Positions 1 through 8,751 of a stretch of DNA of 54,606 bases are shown piece by piece. Position 1 is the stretch's first letter. Every line of letters begins with the position of its first letter. Made by a program: the position numbers and the translations under genes. Origin of the DNA: an uncultured Armatimonadia bacterium (GTDB lineage Bacteria > Armatimonadota > Zipacnadia > Zipacnadales > UBA11051); NCBI GenBank assembly GCA_964498775.1, contig CAZCJS010000002.1, forward strand, positions 6,142 through 60,747, given 5' to 3'. Under the pieces are notes generated by a model. That model made no database searches and was not told the origin of the DNA. It worked only from the letters and a program-made list of their open reading frames with translations.

Positions 1-299
1 GCATCGAAGCCCTGCCGGCGCCTGCTCAGCCATTTCCGCCTGCGGCTGGCACTGAGCCGCAACCTCCAGGCGCGACTACCCCTCAGCCGCCGAATTACAG
101 GCTGGAACTGCAGCCGGTGCCTGAGGGTGCAGTGACACTTGCCGAAGACATCCCTCTCCCACCTCCGGGCAGCTTCCTCGATACTGCAACACCGGCAATC
201 ACGCGACCTCAGACTGTCACCACTGCACCCAGCATCGAAGCCCTGCCGGCGCCTGCTCAGCCATTTCCGCCTGCGGCTGGCACTGAACCACAACCTCCC
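1..299 (+). repeat. in-frame direct repeat inside fliK (1-68 and 232-299, period 231 bp)
   Basis: The first 55 nt are identical, with 3 mismatches over 68 nt. Both copies encode IEALPAPAQPFPPAAGTEPQPP in the fliK frame. Confidence 0.85.
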
Positions 300-1244
300 A
301 GCATTGCGGAGGTTCCACCTGACAACGCGGCCGGCACGACTCATCCAACCGCAGGGCAGCCCACTCAAACAGACTCACCGGCGCGTGATGTGTGGCTTGA
401 TGGTGCTTCGCAGGATAATACATCGCTTCCTGCTCCGCCCTCCTCGTCGGCGCCAGCCGCAATGAGCAAAGCCGATACCAGTGAGATTGCCGCTGCTACT
501 ATCCGGAAAGCCGCCTTGTCCGACTTTCGTGCCAACGATCGTACTGATCTCAGTGCCATCGTCGCCCAGCGGGTCTCACAGGCTGTGGCGGCTCAGGCCA
601 GAGAGAAGACTTCCGACAGGGTGGGGGAGATGCTCAAACAGCTTGCCATGACCGGAGCCGGGACGCACCTGGAGCCGTCTGCCGAAGTGGCGGTGGGGGA
701 TGCTTGGGCGTCCTCACCAGCAGCCGGTGCTCGGCCGCCTGCTCAGCCGTTAAATACCGCTATATCTGAGCCGCCCCGCTTCGAGCAACTCACCATCGAG
801 CTATCTCCGCCGGAGTTGGGCAAGGTCCACATCCGCTTCCAACTAGACGGGGATGCCGCCCGCGTCGAGGCCCACGCCGACAACTATGCCACTGCGGTGT
901 ATCTGAACAATTCCTTCCGGAGCCTCGCGAACAATTTCGAGCAGCTCGGTCTCAGGCTCAGCGGTCTGACGGTGAGCTATGACAGCATGGATGGCTTTGC
1001 GCGAGATCACCACGGCGAGGGACACTCCGACGCAGGCGCAAGTGAAAGCTGGAGCTCTGCCACCGATCTCTCTGCCTATCTGTCGAACCGTTCTATGGGG
1101 GGGCAAGCGCCGCTGTTGCCCGAACAAATCGAGGCCCGGATTCTTCAGGCGACCACCGTGGCAGAGCGGCCTATCGTCCATCGCGCACACGGTACGTCCG
1201 CCCGGCGCGGAGCACTCACCGCAGTCGTGGATGCAATTGCCTGA
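1..1244 (+). CDS. fliK: flagellar hook-length control protein FliK (5' end lies outside the window)
   Basis: The frame starting at nt 3 is open with no stop before the listed GTG at 117, so the ORF continues upstream of the window. Pro/Ala/Thr-rich N-terminal part. C-terminal Flg_hook-like block LTIELSPPELGKVHIRFQLDGDAARVEAHADN...LGLRLSGLTVSY. Lies directly upstream of flgD-flgE. Confidence 0.8.
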   Translation, partial: IEALPAPAQPFPPAAGTEPQPPGATTPQPPNYRLELQPVPEGAVTLAEDIPLPPPGSFLDTATPAITRPQTVTTAPSIEALPAPAQPFPPAAGTEPQPPSIAEVPPDNAAGTTHPTAGQPTQTDSPARDVWLDGASQDNTSLPAPPSSSAPAAMSKADTSEIAAATIRKAALSDFRANDRTDLSAIVAQRVSQAVAAQAREKTSDRVGEMLKQLAMTGAGTHLEPSAEVAVGDAWASSPAAGARPPAQPLNTAISEPPRFEQLTIELSPPELGKVHIRFQLDGDAARVEAHADNYATAVYLNNSFRSLANNFEQLGLRLSGLTVSYDSMDGFARDHHGEGHSDAGASESWSSATDLSAYLSNRSMGGQAPLLPEQIEARILQATTVAERPIVHRAHGTSARRGALTAVVDAIA

Positions 1245-1311
1245 TAGTACGAGCGACATTGAGGCGCACCCGAACCATCAATAGAGTGCCGTACTGACTG
1301 GAGCTACGATC

Positions 1312-1707
1312 ATGCTCATCAATCCCACTGCAGTCACCTCAACCACCGCGACCCCATCATCGGCTGCTTCCGGTAAACAGATTATAACCGGCGACGACTT
1401 CATGACTTTGCTGGTCGCTCAGTTGACAAATCAGGACCCGATGTCTCCTATGGACAGCGAAGCATTCATCAGCCAGTTATCTCAGCTTGAGATGGTCTCA
1501 CAGTTGAGCGACATCAAAAGCATACTACAATCAACGGGCAGCTATACCGACCTCGTCAGCACTCTGGGCCGGACCGTGTACTGGACCGAAGTGGACGGCT
1601 CCAGCGCCAGTGGTGAGGTTACTGCTCTCGTCGAGTATGCCGGCGCATTCATGCTCCACGCCGGCGACCGGCTGCTCAATTTCTCAGACATTCTCATGAT
1701 CGAGTGA
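1312..1707 (+). CDS. flgD: flagellar hook capping/assembly protein FlgD
   Basis: 131 aa. FlgD N-terminal signature DDFMTLLVAQLTNQDPMSPMD..FISQLSQLEMVSQL. GGAG upstream of the ATG. Positioned between fliK and flgE. Confidence 0.85.
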   Translation: MLINPTAVTSTTATPSSAASGKQIITGDDFMTLLVAQLTNQDPMSPMDSEAFISQLSQLEMVSQLSDIKSILQSTGSYTDLVSTLGRTVYWTEVDGSSASGEVTALVEYAGAFMLHAGDRLLNFSDILMIE

Positions 1708-1760
1708 CACTACCGGGTGCTCTATCCCCGCTGAACCATGCCCACGGGAGATGATGAACA

Positions 1761-3092
1761 ATGGCACCGAAAAGAGACCGGAGCGCGACCCATGACGCCG
1801 CCGGGGTGTGTGTGCCAATATTGCCCACAAGCACCGACGCTCTCGAAATCCCAGAGTTAGAGCAGGAGGCGGTGTTGCTGGAGAAGCTGGCGCGTCTCGG
1901 TGTGGGTGGCTGGGACCTCCGCCACGCCTTCGAGTTGATAGCCGAAGAGGTCGCCCGCTTCATACAACATGACGCCGCCACATTCCTCACTTACCACGCC
2001 GATCGCTGCGCCCTTGTGGTTCAGGCTACCGCGCCCATCGGGAGCGGGCGTCTCGTCGGCGGCATCCAGGTGCCTTGTGACGGAGCCATCGCCGACCTCA
2101 TCAGCGGTTCCCTTTCCGCCGCCGTCTGCATGGACACCGCCAGTTCCTGTTGCGCCCTCGAGTGTGATCTCTATCGCGCCGGGCTGACATCTTGCATCAC
2201 AATACCGCTGTGGTTGCCGGCCCGCGACGGAGACGAGCCCCGCCTCATCGGGCTTCTGAGCCTCGGCAGTCGTCGCCGAAATCACTTCACAACTGCGGAC
2301 CGGGCCGTGCTCTACCGGCTCCAGCGACCGCTCGCCGTCGCCATCCAACACCTCCTCGCAGCCGAACAGACACACACACCCCACTTCTTCGAGCGCACCG
2401 CGGAGCTCAACAAGATGCGCTCCATCCACGAGCTCAGTGGCGGTATCGCTCACCGCCTCAACAATGTTCTTGCTGCGGTCCTTGGTAACGCTCGCCTGGC
2501 GATGGAGGCCAACTCTGACCCCCGACTCGCTGAATATCTCCAACGCCTATACGAAGAGACGCTCCAGGGCGTTAGTGTGGTCCATGCGATGGAGCAGTTC
2601 GCCGCCGCCCAGGCCCCCACCACCGCCGCTGCAGTGGACCTCCACGAAGTCGTCGAGGGCGTTGCCCGCATAACCGACGGCCTCTGGCATCATCAGGTCG
2701 AGGCGCAGAGCATACGCCTCGAATGCAGCAACAAGCGCCGCGACATATCCGTCGCACTGGCCAATGCTCCGGAGTTGCGCGAGGCAACAGTAAACCTCGT
2801 CTTCAACGCTATCCAGGCCCTGCCTGCCGGAGGTACCATTACCCTAGCTGCCATCTCGGCGCCGCCTTGGGCTGCGATCGAGGTAACCGACGATGGCGTC
2901 GGTATGGAAGCCGAAATCGTCCGGCGCTGTACCGAGCCGTTTTTCACCACTCGCGAGAATGCCTACGGACTGGGACTGAGTACCGCTGCTGGTGTCGCCC
3001 GCAAGTACGGTGGCCATCTTCAGGTACACAGCGAACCCGGACGCGGCACAACCGTACGCATGATGCTGCCCGCAGCCGACCACGGCATCTGA
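1761..3092 (+). CDS. soluble GAF-domain sensor histidine kinase
   Basis: 443 aa. H-box HELSGGIAHRLNNVLAAVLGNARLA, N-box LVFNAIQALP, G1 DDGVGM, F-box PFFTTR, G2 GLGLS...GRGTTVRMMLP. GAF-like N-terminal ~200 aa. No hydrophobic membrane span is visible and there is no response regulator next to it. Confidence 0.85.
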   Translation: MAPKRDRSATHDAAGVCVPILPTSTDALEIPELEQEAVLLEKLARLGVGGWDLRHAFELIAEEVARFIQHDAATFLTYHADRCALVVQATAPIGSGRLVGGIQVPCDGAIADLISGSLSAAVCMDTASSCCALECDLYRAGLTSCITIPLWLPARDGDEPRLIGLLSLGSRRRNHFTTADRAVLYRLQRPLAVAIQHLLAAEQTHTPHFFERTAELNKMRSIHELSGGIAHRLNNVLAAVLGNARLAMEANSDPRLAEYLQRLYEETLQGVSVVHAMEQFAAAQAPTTAAAVDLHEVVEGVARITDGLWHHQVEAQSIRLECSNKRRDISVALANAPELREATVNLVFNAIQALPAGGTITLAAISAPPWAAIEVTDDGVGMEAEIVRRCTEPFFTTRENAYGLGLSTAAGVARKYGGHLQVHSEPGRGTTVRMMLPAADHGI

Positions 3093-3194
3093 CCTGCTCT
3101 CTTGCCGTTTGTAGGGTGCAGTGCAAGCGTAGCTGGCACCCCTGTGCCGCGCCGGACATCCCAAAACACCCCCAAACAAATCAGGAGGTAGTCT

Positions 3195-4409
3195 GTGAAC
3201 AGGGCACTATTCGCCGGCCTCGCCGGCACAATGAACAATCAAACTCGTCTCGACATCATCGGCAACAATCTCGCCAACGCTAACACCATCGGCTTCAAAC
3301 AGAGCCGGGTCACATTTCGTGACACCTACTACCAGACGTTGCGTAGCGGTTGTGGCTCCACCGCCGAAAGCGGAGCCGTAAACCCGATTCAGGTCGGCAG
3401 TGGGAACGCTCTTGCCGGTGTCCAGACCCTCTATACCCAGGGATCCCTGGGCAGTACCGGCCAGGCCCTCGACGCCGCCGTCGAAGGCAATGGAATGTTC
3501 GTCCTCAGTGACGGCGAGACGCAGTGGTTCACCCGTGACGGCTCCTTCGCACTTGATGACACTTACACACTCGTCTCGTCACACAATGGCATGAGAGTCC
3601 AGGGATGGCTAGCCGACAGCGGAACCATAGACACCACTGCGGCGCTAACCAATCTCGAGTTCCCCATGGGGCAGATGACCGCCGGTGACGCCTCCACCGA
3701 GGTGGCCATGGGCGGCAACCTCGACGCGGGCGCCACCGTCGGTGACAGCATCGTCACATCCATAAATGTCTATGACTCTCTGGGTGTCGCTCACGAACTC
3801 ACCGTCACGATGACCAATAACGCCGCCGCCAACACCTATGATGTTGAAGTTCTCTGCGCCGGCACTACCGCCACCGGCCAGATTACCTTCGACGAACTCG
3901 GCGTACTCGCCACCGGCAGCCCGGTCAGCATCAGTTTCTCTCCCGGCGGCGGCGCGGAAGACCCCCAGGTAGTGAACGTTGACTTCTCCGCTGTCACCCA
4001 ACTTGCTCATGATGGCAACGCCGCTGCTCGCCTTCAGAACGGCCGGCCCGCTGCCACTCTCACCGATGTCAGCATCCAGGAGAACGGCATGATTGTCGGC
4101 GCCTACAACGATGGCCGCCAGGTCACGCTCGGACGAATTGCGCTCGCTGCCTTCGCCAACCCGGCCGGCCTCGAACGCACCGGCAACAACCTCTACAAAG
4201 CCGGCTCAGCAACCGGCGAAGTACTTATCGGCGCAGCCGACTCCGGAGGCCGAGGCAGAGTTGTCGCTCAGGCCCTCGAACTCTCAAACGTGGACCTAAC
4301 CGAGGCCTTTGTGGACATGATCAGTACTCAACGCGCCTTCCAGGCCTCGACACGAGTCATTTCCGCTGCTGACAAGCTCCTTGAGGAAGTCATGCGCCTC
4401 GCCAACTGA
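3195..4409 (+). CDS. flgE: flagellar hook protein FlgE
   Basis: 404 aa with a GTG start 7 nt after AGGAGG. N-terminus MNRALFAGLAGTMNNQTRLDIIGNNLANANTIGFK. C-terminus LELSNVDLTEAFVDMISTQRAFQASTRVISAADKLLEEV. Confidence 0.93.
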   Translation: MNRALFAGLAGTMNNQTRLDIIGNNLANANTIGFKQSRVTFRDTYYQTLRSGCGSTAESGAVNPIQVGSGNALAGVQTLYTQGSLGSTGQALDAAVEGNGMFVLSDGETQWFTRDGSFALDDTYTLVSSHNGMRVQGWLADSGTIDTTAALTNLEFPMGQMTAGDASTEVAMGGNLDAGATVGDSIVTSINVYDSLGVAHELTVTMTNNAAANTYDVEVLCAGTTATGQITFDELGVLATGSPVSISFSPGGGAEDPQVVNVDFSAVTQLAHDGNAAARLQNGRPAATLTDVSIQENGMIVGAYNDGRQVTLGRIALAAFANPAGLERTGNNLYKAGSATGEVLIGAADSGGRGRVVAQALELSNVDLTEAFVDMISTQRAFQASTRVISAADKLLEEVMRLAN

Positions 4410-4489
4410 GCCGTATGACGTGAACACTATTTTGTCCAACAGCTAACTCAAGCCGCCGATCTGCAAAAGCCTCCCTTGCGCACATCGGC

Positions 4490-4504
4490 GGCACGAGAAT
4501 TGTA
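4490..4504 (+). promoter_or_regulatory. weak sigma-54-like motif upstream of flbD
   Basis: GGCAC-gagaa-TTGTA. Spacing is correct, but the -12 dinucleotide is GT rather than GC. 14 nt before the flbD ATG, which lacks an SD. The flank cggcGGCAC is the same as at the fliO site. Confidence 0.3.
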
Positions 4505-4518
4505 ACCCCAACAAGTGC

Positions 4519-4758
4519 ATGATCTATCTAACACGTCTGGACAATTCCGACCTTCTCGTCAATGCGCTTCTCATCGAGCGCGTCGAGGCTATCCCCGACA
4601 CTGTGGTGACGCTTACCACCGGCCGGAAGATACTTGTGCGCGAGCCGCCGGAGGAGGTAGTGCAAAGAGCTGTCGCCTATCTGCGCAGTCTGCGGGCGCC
4701 CGATGATGACCCCGAAGCAGTCATCAACATCGCCCAGGTGGGCCGAGTCACCAGGTGA
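4519..4758 (+). CDS. flbD: flagellar protein FlbD
   Basis: 79 aa. MIYLTRLDNSDLLVNALLIERVEAIPDTVVTLTTGRKILVRE matches the FlbD pattern. Located between flgE and motA. No SD upstream. Confidence 0.8.
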   Translation: MIYLTRLDNSDLLVNALLIERVEAIPDTVVTLTTGRKILVREPPEEVVQRAVAYLRSLRAPDDDPEAVINIAQVGRVTR

Positions 4759-4884
4759 GCGGAACCGCCATGACAACCACCCCCGCAGCCTGTCCATGAC
4801 AGGTATGTATATGCGCGTGTTACTCCTAAGCATGCCTGCGATGAATTGCTCGCCGCGCGTGCGGCGAGTGTAGAGGGTTGACCC

Positions 4885-5703
4885 ATGGATGTAGGTACCA
4901 TCATCGGCTTGATTTGCGCCTTCGGCGCACTGGGGATCGCCGTCATTCTCGAAGGCGGCCATCTCGGCAGCTTCTTTAACGTGCCCGCCGGCATCATCGT
5001 TTTTGGCGGCACTATCTGTGCAGTCATCGTCTCAACACCCGTACCCATACTCGCCAGAGCCCCCCGAGCACTGATGCTGGCATTCTTCGGCAGCAAGCTG
5101 CTTAATCCACGTGAAGCAGTCACCAGGCTCATCGCACTTTCACGCCGCGCACGACGCGAAGGACTCCTCGCCCTTGAGTCCAGTATTGCGGAAGCCGGAG
5201 ACGAGTTCCTCAAAAAGGGCCTTCAGCTCGTCGTGGACGGTACTGACGCCGAAGTCTTACAGTCAATCCTTACCTCCGAAATCCGCAACCGCAGCCATCG
5301 CCACCAACAGACCAGCGGTATTTTTGGCGCTATGGGCGGCCTCGCCCCGACCCTCGGCGTCACAGGCACCGTCATGGGCCTTGTCCACATGATGGAAAAT
5401 CTCAGCGATCCGTCATCCATGGGCCCTGCTATCGCCGGCGCATTCATCGCCACTCTCTACGGGGTCGCCTCCGCAAATGTCGTCTTCCTTCCCATTGCCA
5501 ATAAGCTCAAGGCCCGTAGCGACGCCGAGAAAGCCATCCACGCCCTGATGCTCGAGGGGCTTGTAAGCCTGCAGAACGGGGAGAACGTCATCACCATCGA
5601 GGAGCGTCTCAAGGCCCACTTGCCACCGACTCTCCGCGACACCGGTGAGACGCCCGCCACAGACACCTCGCAATCCTCTCCAGAGGAGCGAAACGTTGCT
5701 TGA
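4885..5703 (+). CDS. motA: flagellar motor stator protein MotA
   Basis: 272 aa with four hydrophobic segments. C-terminal MotA/TolQ/ExbB-like block GIFGAMGGLAPTLGVTGTVMGLVHMM...AGAFIATLYGV. Followed by motB. Confidence 0.9.
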   Translation: MDVGTIIGLICAFGALGIAVILEGGHLGSFFNVPAGIIVFGGTICAVIVSTPVPILARAPRALMLAFFGSKLLNPREAVTRLIALSRRARREGLLALESSIAEAGDEFLKKGLQLVVDGTDAEVLQSILTSEIRNRSHRHQQTSGIFGAMGGLAPTLGVTGTVMGLVHMMENLSDPSSMGPAIAGAFIATLYGVASANVVFLPIANKLKARSDAEKAIHALMLEGLVSLQNGENVITIEERLKAHLPPTLRDTGETPATDTSQSSPEERNVA

Positions 5704-6541
5704 CGAAGAACACGAAGAAGAGGAAAGCGAAGAGCGCTGGCTAATCACCTACGCCGATATGATCACTCTGCTCATGGCCTTTTTCATCATGATGTATGCC
5801 ATGTCCCGGGTGGATCAGGACAAGTTCGCCGCCCTTGCGACATCCGTACGCATCGAGTTCACCGGCACCGGGCTCCCCTCCGGCCCAGATGTCACACTCG
5901 TCAATCAGGGCATCGCAACAAGCCTCGGCATCGTCAACGGCACGCGCTTCGGACTTCGCAACAACGTCGAGAAGCTGTTCGACAAGACCATCAAGGACCC
6001 CGAAATGCGCAAGCACGTCCAGGTCCTCGAAGCGGATGACAACCTCGTCATCCGGCTCCTCGATGACGACGTGCTCTTCCCATCTGGAAGCGCCCGCCTC
6101 ACCGAGAAAAACCGCCGCCTGGTGGCTCAGGTCGCTACCGTTCTGCATATCCTCCCTTACAGAATCTGCATCGAGGGGCATACCGACAGCGTACCCATCA
6201 ATACTGACGCCTTTCCGTCAAACTGGGAGCTCTCGATACGCCGCGCCACCAATGTAGCGATCTATCTAATCCGCCGCCACAACCTCTCGCCCGACCGTAT
6301 CAGCGCTGCTGGCTACGCGGACACCAAACCCGTTGCTCCCAATGACACACCCCACAACCGCCGGAAGAATCGCCGCATAGACATGGTGATATACAGCGGA
6401 CACGAGCAGGCCCCGGTGGCAGACACCGCACAGCCTGCACAATTTGCACAGCCCGCGCAGATACTTGGCGGCGCCTACACCGACACGGGGCTGGCCCGAA
6501 CCAACATCATACCGCCGATAGACATCACCGCACCACCATAG
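5696..6541 (+). CDS. motB: flagellar motor stator protein MotB (OmpA-like C-terminal domain)
   Basis: WLITYADMITLLMAFFIMMYAMS plug/TM segment. OmpA-like IEGHTDSVP...SNWELSIRRA...NRRKNRRIDMVI. I prefer the TTG at 5696 because GAGGAG lies 7 nt upstream and it overlaps the motA stop. The track ORF begins at GTG 5645, which has no SD. Confidence 0.85.
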   Translation: MLDEEHEEEESEERWLITYADMITLLMAFFIMMYAMSRVDQDKFAALATSVRIEFTGTGLPSGPDVTLVNQGIATSLGIVNGTRFGLRNNVEKLFDKTIKDPEMRKHVQVLEADDNLVIRLLDDDVLFPSGSARLTEKNRRLVAQVATVLHILPYRICIEGHTDSVPINTDAFPSNWELSIRRATNVAIYLIRRHNLSPDRISAAGYADTKPVAPNDTPHNRRKNRRIDMVIYSGHEQAPVADTAQPAQFAQPAQILGGAYTDTGLARTNIIPPIDITAPP

Positions 6542-6576
6542 TCGGCCGCGGACTCCGCCCTGCCCTTAGCCGTTCC

Positions 6577-6599
6577 CCCCTCTCCGTCTCGGAGAGGGG
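6577..6599 (+). other. GC-rich perfect hairpin between motB and fliL
   Basis: CCCCTCTCCG-tct-CGGAGAGGGG (10-bp perfect stem, 3-nt loop), 36 nt after the motB stop. No U-tract follows. Confidence 0.6.
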
Positions 6600-6728
6600 C
6601 CGGGGGTGAGGCCGCCGTTGCCGTCGGAGGGGCCGCATAGCGTCGGGCTTGCGCAGCAAGACCGAGGCTATCCGGCCCAGGCTTGCCATCACGATCCAGA
6701 TGTTCCCTGCATCTAAAGGAGACATCAC

Positions 6729-7286
6729 ATGTTCCGCTTGCCACGAACATCGCTGAACACGACCCGCACCCACTTCGGTGCCATCAACAACAAGTTCATC
6801 TTGGTGCTTGCATTGGTGGTGCTTCTCGCTGCCGGCGGCGCATATGTGCTCTACGGCCGGTCGGCGGCTACTCAAGATGAGAGCGAAGCAACCACCGAAG
6901 ACACCGCCGGAGAAGCCGACCCGCTGGAACCCCCGGTCGTGTATGAAGTGGGCAATTTTCTCGTCAACGTCCACACCAATGATGAGCTACGCTACTTACG
7001 CGTCGAGATTGCCGCCTCGATCAGTGATTACGGCCCTCAGGAGGAAGTCGGCGGACATGGGGGGCACGGTGGCGATGATGACGACAAACTGCCCTCCCTT
7101 AGGTCCGAACATGAAGCACTCGCCCGCGATGCCATTGTCAGGATACTCTCCGCATCCGGCTTCGCGGCATTACGCACTGAGGCGGGGCGCGAGCAGGCCA
7201 AAGAGCGCATTGCGGCGACACTCACCGACACTCTCGATGGTGCACAAGTCGAGAGTGTCCTTTTCCTATCATTCGTCATGCAATAA
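6729..7286 (+). CDS. fliL: flagellar basal-body-associated protein FliL
   Basis: 185 aa. N-terminal TM segment FILVLALVVLLAAGGAYVL, then FLVNVHTNDELRYLRVEIAASI...RDAIVRILS...AKERIAATL. AAGGAG upstream of the ATG. Confidence 0.8.
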   Translation: MFRLPRTSLNTTRTHFGAINNKFILVLALVVLLAAGGAYVLYGRSAATQDESEATTEDTAGEADPLEPPVVYEVGNFLVNVHTNDELRYLRVEIAASISDYGPQEEVGGHGGHGGDDDDKLPSLRSEHEALARDAIVRILSASGFAALRTEAGREQAKERIAATLTDTLDGAQVESVLFLSFVMQ

Positions 7287-7436
7287 GAGGGGCAAGGCCA
7301 GATTGGCGACAGGAGCAAAGCTTGCCAGCCTCACGGCTCGACAATCTACCGACGTTGAACACTCCCACTCCCAATGACAGATCGCGGGTGAGTACGCAAG
7401 CGGCACTCTGTGGCCGGAAAGAGAGGACCTACGCAA

Positions 7437-8021
7437 ATGCCGTCACCAGATGCAGTAGAGCTGCCGCAGGACAAACCCGACGCCACTAGTCCGGATGAGC
7501 CGGCTGATGGCCAACAGGATGCCGCCAGCGCGCCTGCCGGGGCAGGGGTTTCTGCCAAGAACGCCTCATCGCCCGATGATACTGCTTCGGCAGACGATGC
7601 CGCTGCCGGCCTGCCCGATTGGGCCGTCAAAAAGATGCAGGAACTGGATCACGCAGACAGTAACAGTCCGGCCGAACAAGACGCTCCCGCGCCTGACGCG
7701 CCCCTCGAGGCTCCTTCTGCGCCCGCCATGGACATCGGGTCCGCGCCCGATGGCCCGCTCGTCTCCGAGGACCTCAAAGACACGGCCCCCAACCTCGACC
7801 TCATGCTGGATCTGCCTCTCGACGTGACCGTCGAATTAGGACGTGCCGAGCTGCCTCTGGCGCACGTCCTTGCATTGAATACCGGGGCTGTCATACAGCT
7901 TGACCGCCTCCCCGGTGAGCCGCTTGATCTCCTCGTCAACGGCCGGCTCGTTGCGCGCGGCGAGATCGTTGTCCTCAACGACACCTTCGCCTTCCGCATC
8001 ACCGATCTCATCGAATCCTGA
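7437..8021 (+). CDS. fliN: flagellar motor switch protein FliN with a long acidic/Pro-Ala-rich N-terminal extension
   Basis: C-terminal SpoA/FliN domain LDLMLDLPLDVTVELGRAELPLAHVLALNTGAVIQLDRLPGEPLDLLVNGRLVARGEIVVLNDTFAFRITDLI. The ATG at 7437 has AGAGAGGA upstream. The track ORF starts at GTG 7410. Confidence 0.85.
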   Translation: MPSPDAVELPQDKPDATSPDEPADGQQDAASAPAGAGVSAKNASSPDDTASADDAAAGLPDWAVKKMQELDHADSNSPAEQDAPAPDAPLEAPSAPAMDIGSAPDGPLVSEDLKDTAPNLDLMLDLPLDVTVELGRAELPLAHVLALNTGAVIQLDRLPGEPLDLLVNGRLVARGEIVVLNDTFAFRITDLIES

Positions 8022-8103
8022 CAACAAAACGAGCGACCCTTCCTTCGGATCGCCCGTTGTATTGCACATACTCTTCGCCGCCTTGCGCAGCTACTCGGCA
8101 CAG

Positions 8104-8751
8104 CTACTCGATCTCTATCGAGGTTAGCCAATCACCACTGGGCGGGTCAATCTGATCCGGCTTCATCCACTTCGCATGCCCGTCGGCGAACGCGTAATTT
8201 GCCCCGCCGTTATGCCGTAGCGCCCATGCGTCGGTCGGCACCCACCGCTCGTTGGACTCGGGCCCGACCTGATGGCTGCCGTTGCTCTCGAATATGAGGA
8301 TCACGCTCGATGCATCCTGCAGTTGCGCCAGTGCGATCCCCGTGTACACCGGCGTCGGTGCGCCCGACTCGTGATGTGCAACGTTCCAGCCGTAGCTGGC
8401 GTTCATACCGAGATCATTCCACCGACCGTCGAAAACGGTCGCCGCCGGCTTGTGGCTCGGGCAGATGAACACTTGGCTATTCTTACAGTACGGGTTAATC
8501 ATACCCCGCCACGTCGGATCACCGGCGGTCTCGCCGTCTCCATTCCAGTCCAGATCATCATGTGGCAGAATCTCGTCGTAGTCCTGCGTGTACATTAGTG
8601 CTGCCAGCCCCAGCTGCTTCATGTTCGACAGACAACTGCTCTGCCTGGCCTTCTCCCGCGCCCTCGCGAACACCGGGAAAAGAATCGCCGCCAGAATCGC
8701 GATGATGGCGATCACTACTAATAACTCAATCAACGTAAATCCCTTGCGCAT
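8104..8751 (-). CDS. prepilin-type N-terminal cleavage/methylation protein with H-X9-DG motif (DUF1559-like pseudopilin), copy 1
   Basis: [51 protein letters not shown]-terminus (G-F cleavage site, Glu at +5). C-terminal [16 protein letters not shown]. Confidence 0.9.
   Translation of the reverse strand: MRKGFTLIELLVVIAIIAILAAILFPVFARAREKARQSSCLSNMKQLGLAALMYTQDYDEILPHDDLDWNGDGETAGDPTWRGMINPYCKNSQVFICPSHKPAATVFDGRWNDLGMNASYGWNVAHHESGAPTPVYTGIALAQLQDASSVILIFESNGSHQVGPESNERWVPTDAWALRHNGGANYAFADGHAKWMKPDQIDPPSGDWLTSIEIE

Noticed and set aside
3134-3148. TGGCAC-ccctg-TGCC upstream of flgE, which looks like a sigma-54 promoter next to the histidine kinase
   Set aside because: The GG to GC distance is one nucleotide short (GG-N9-GC). 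Sigma-54 promoters are very intolerant of spacing changes. I kept it only as a note.
6672-6690. GGCCC-aggc-TTGCC upstream of fliL
   Set aside because: The spacing is again one nucleotide short of GG-N10-GC and the -24 element is poor.
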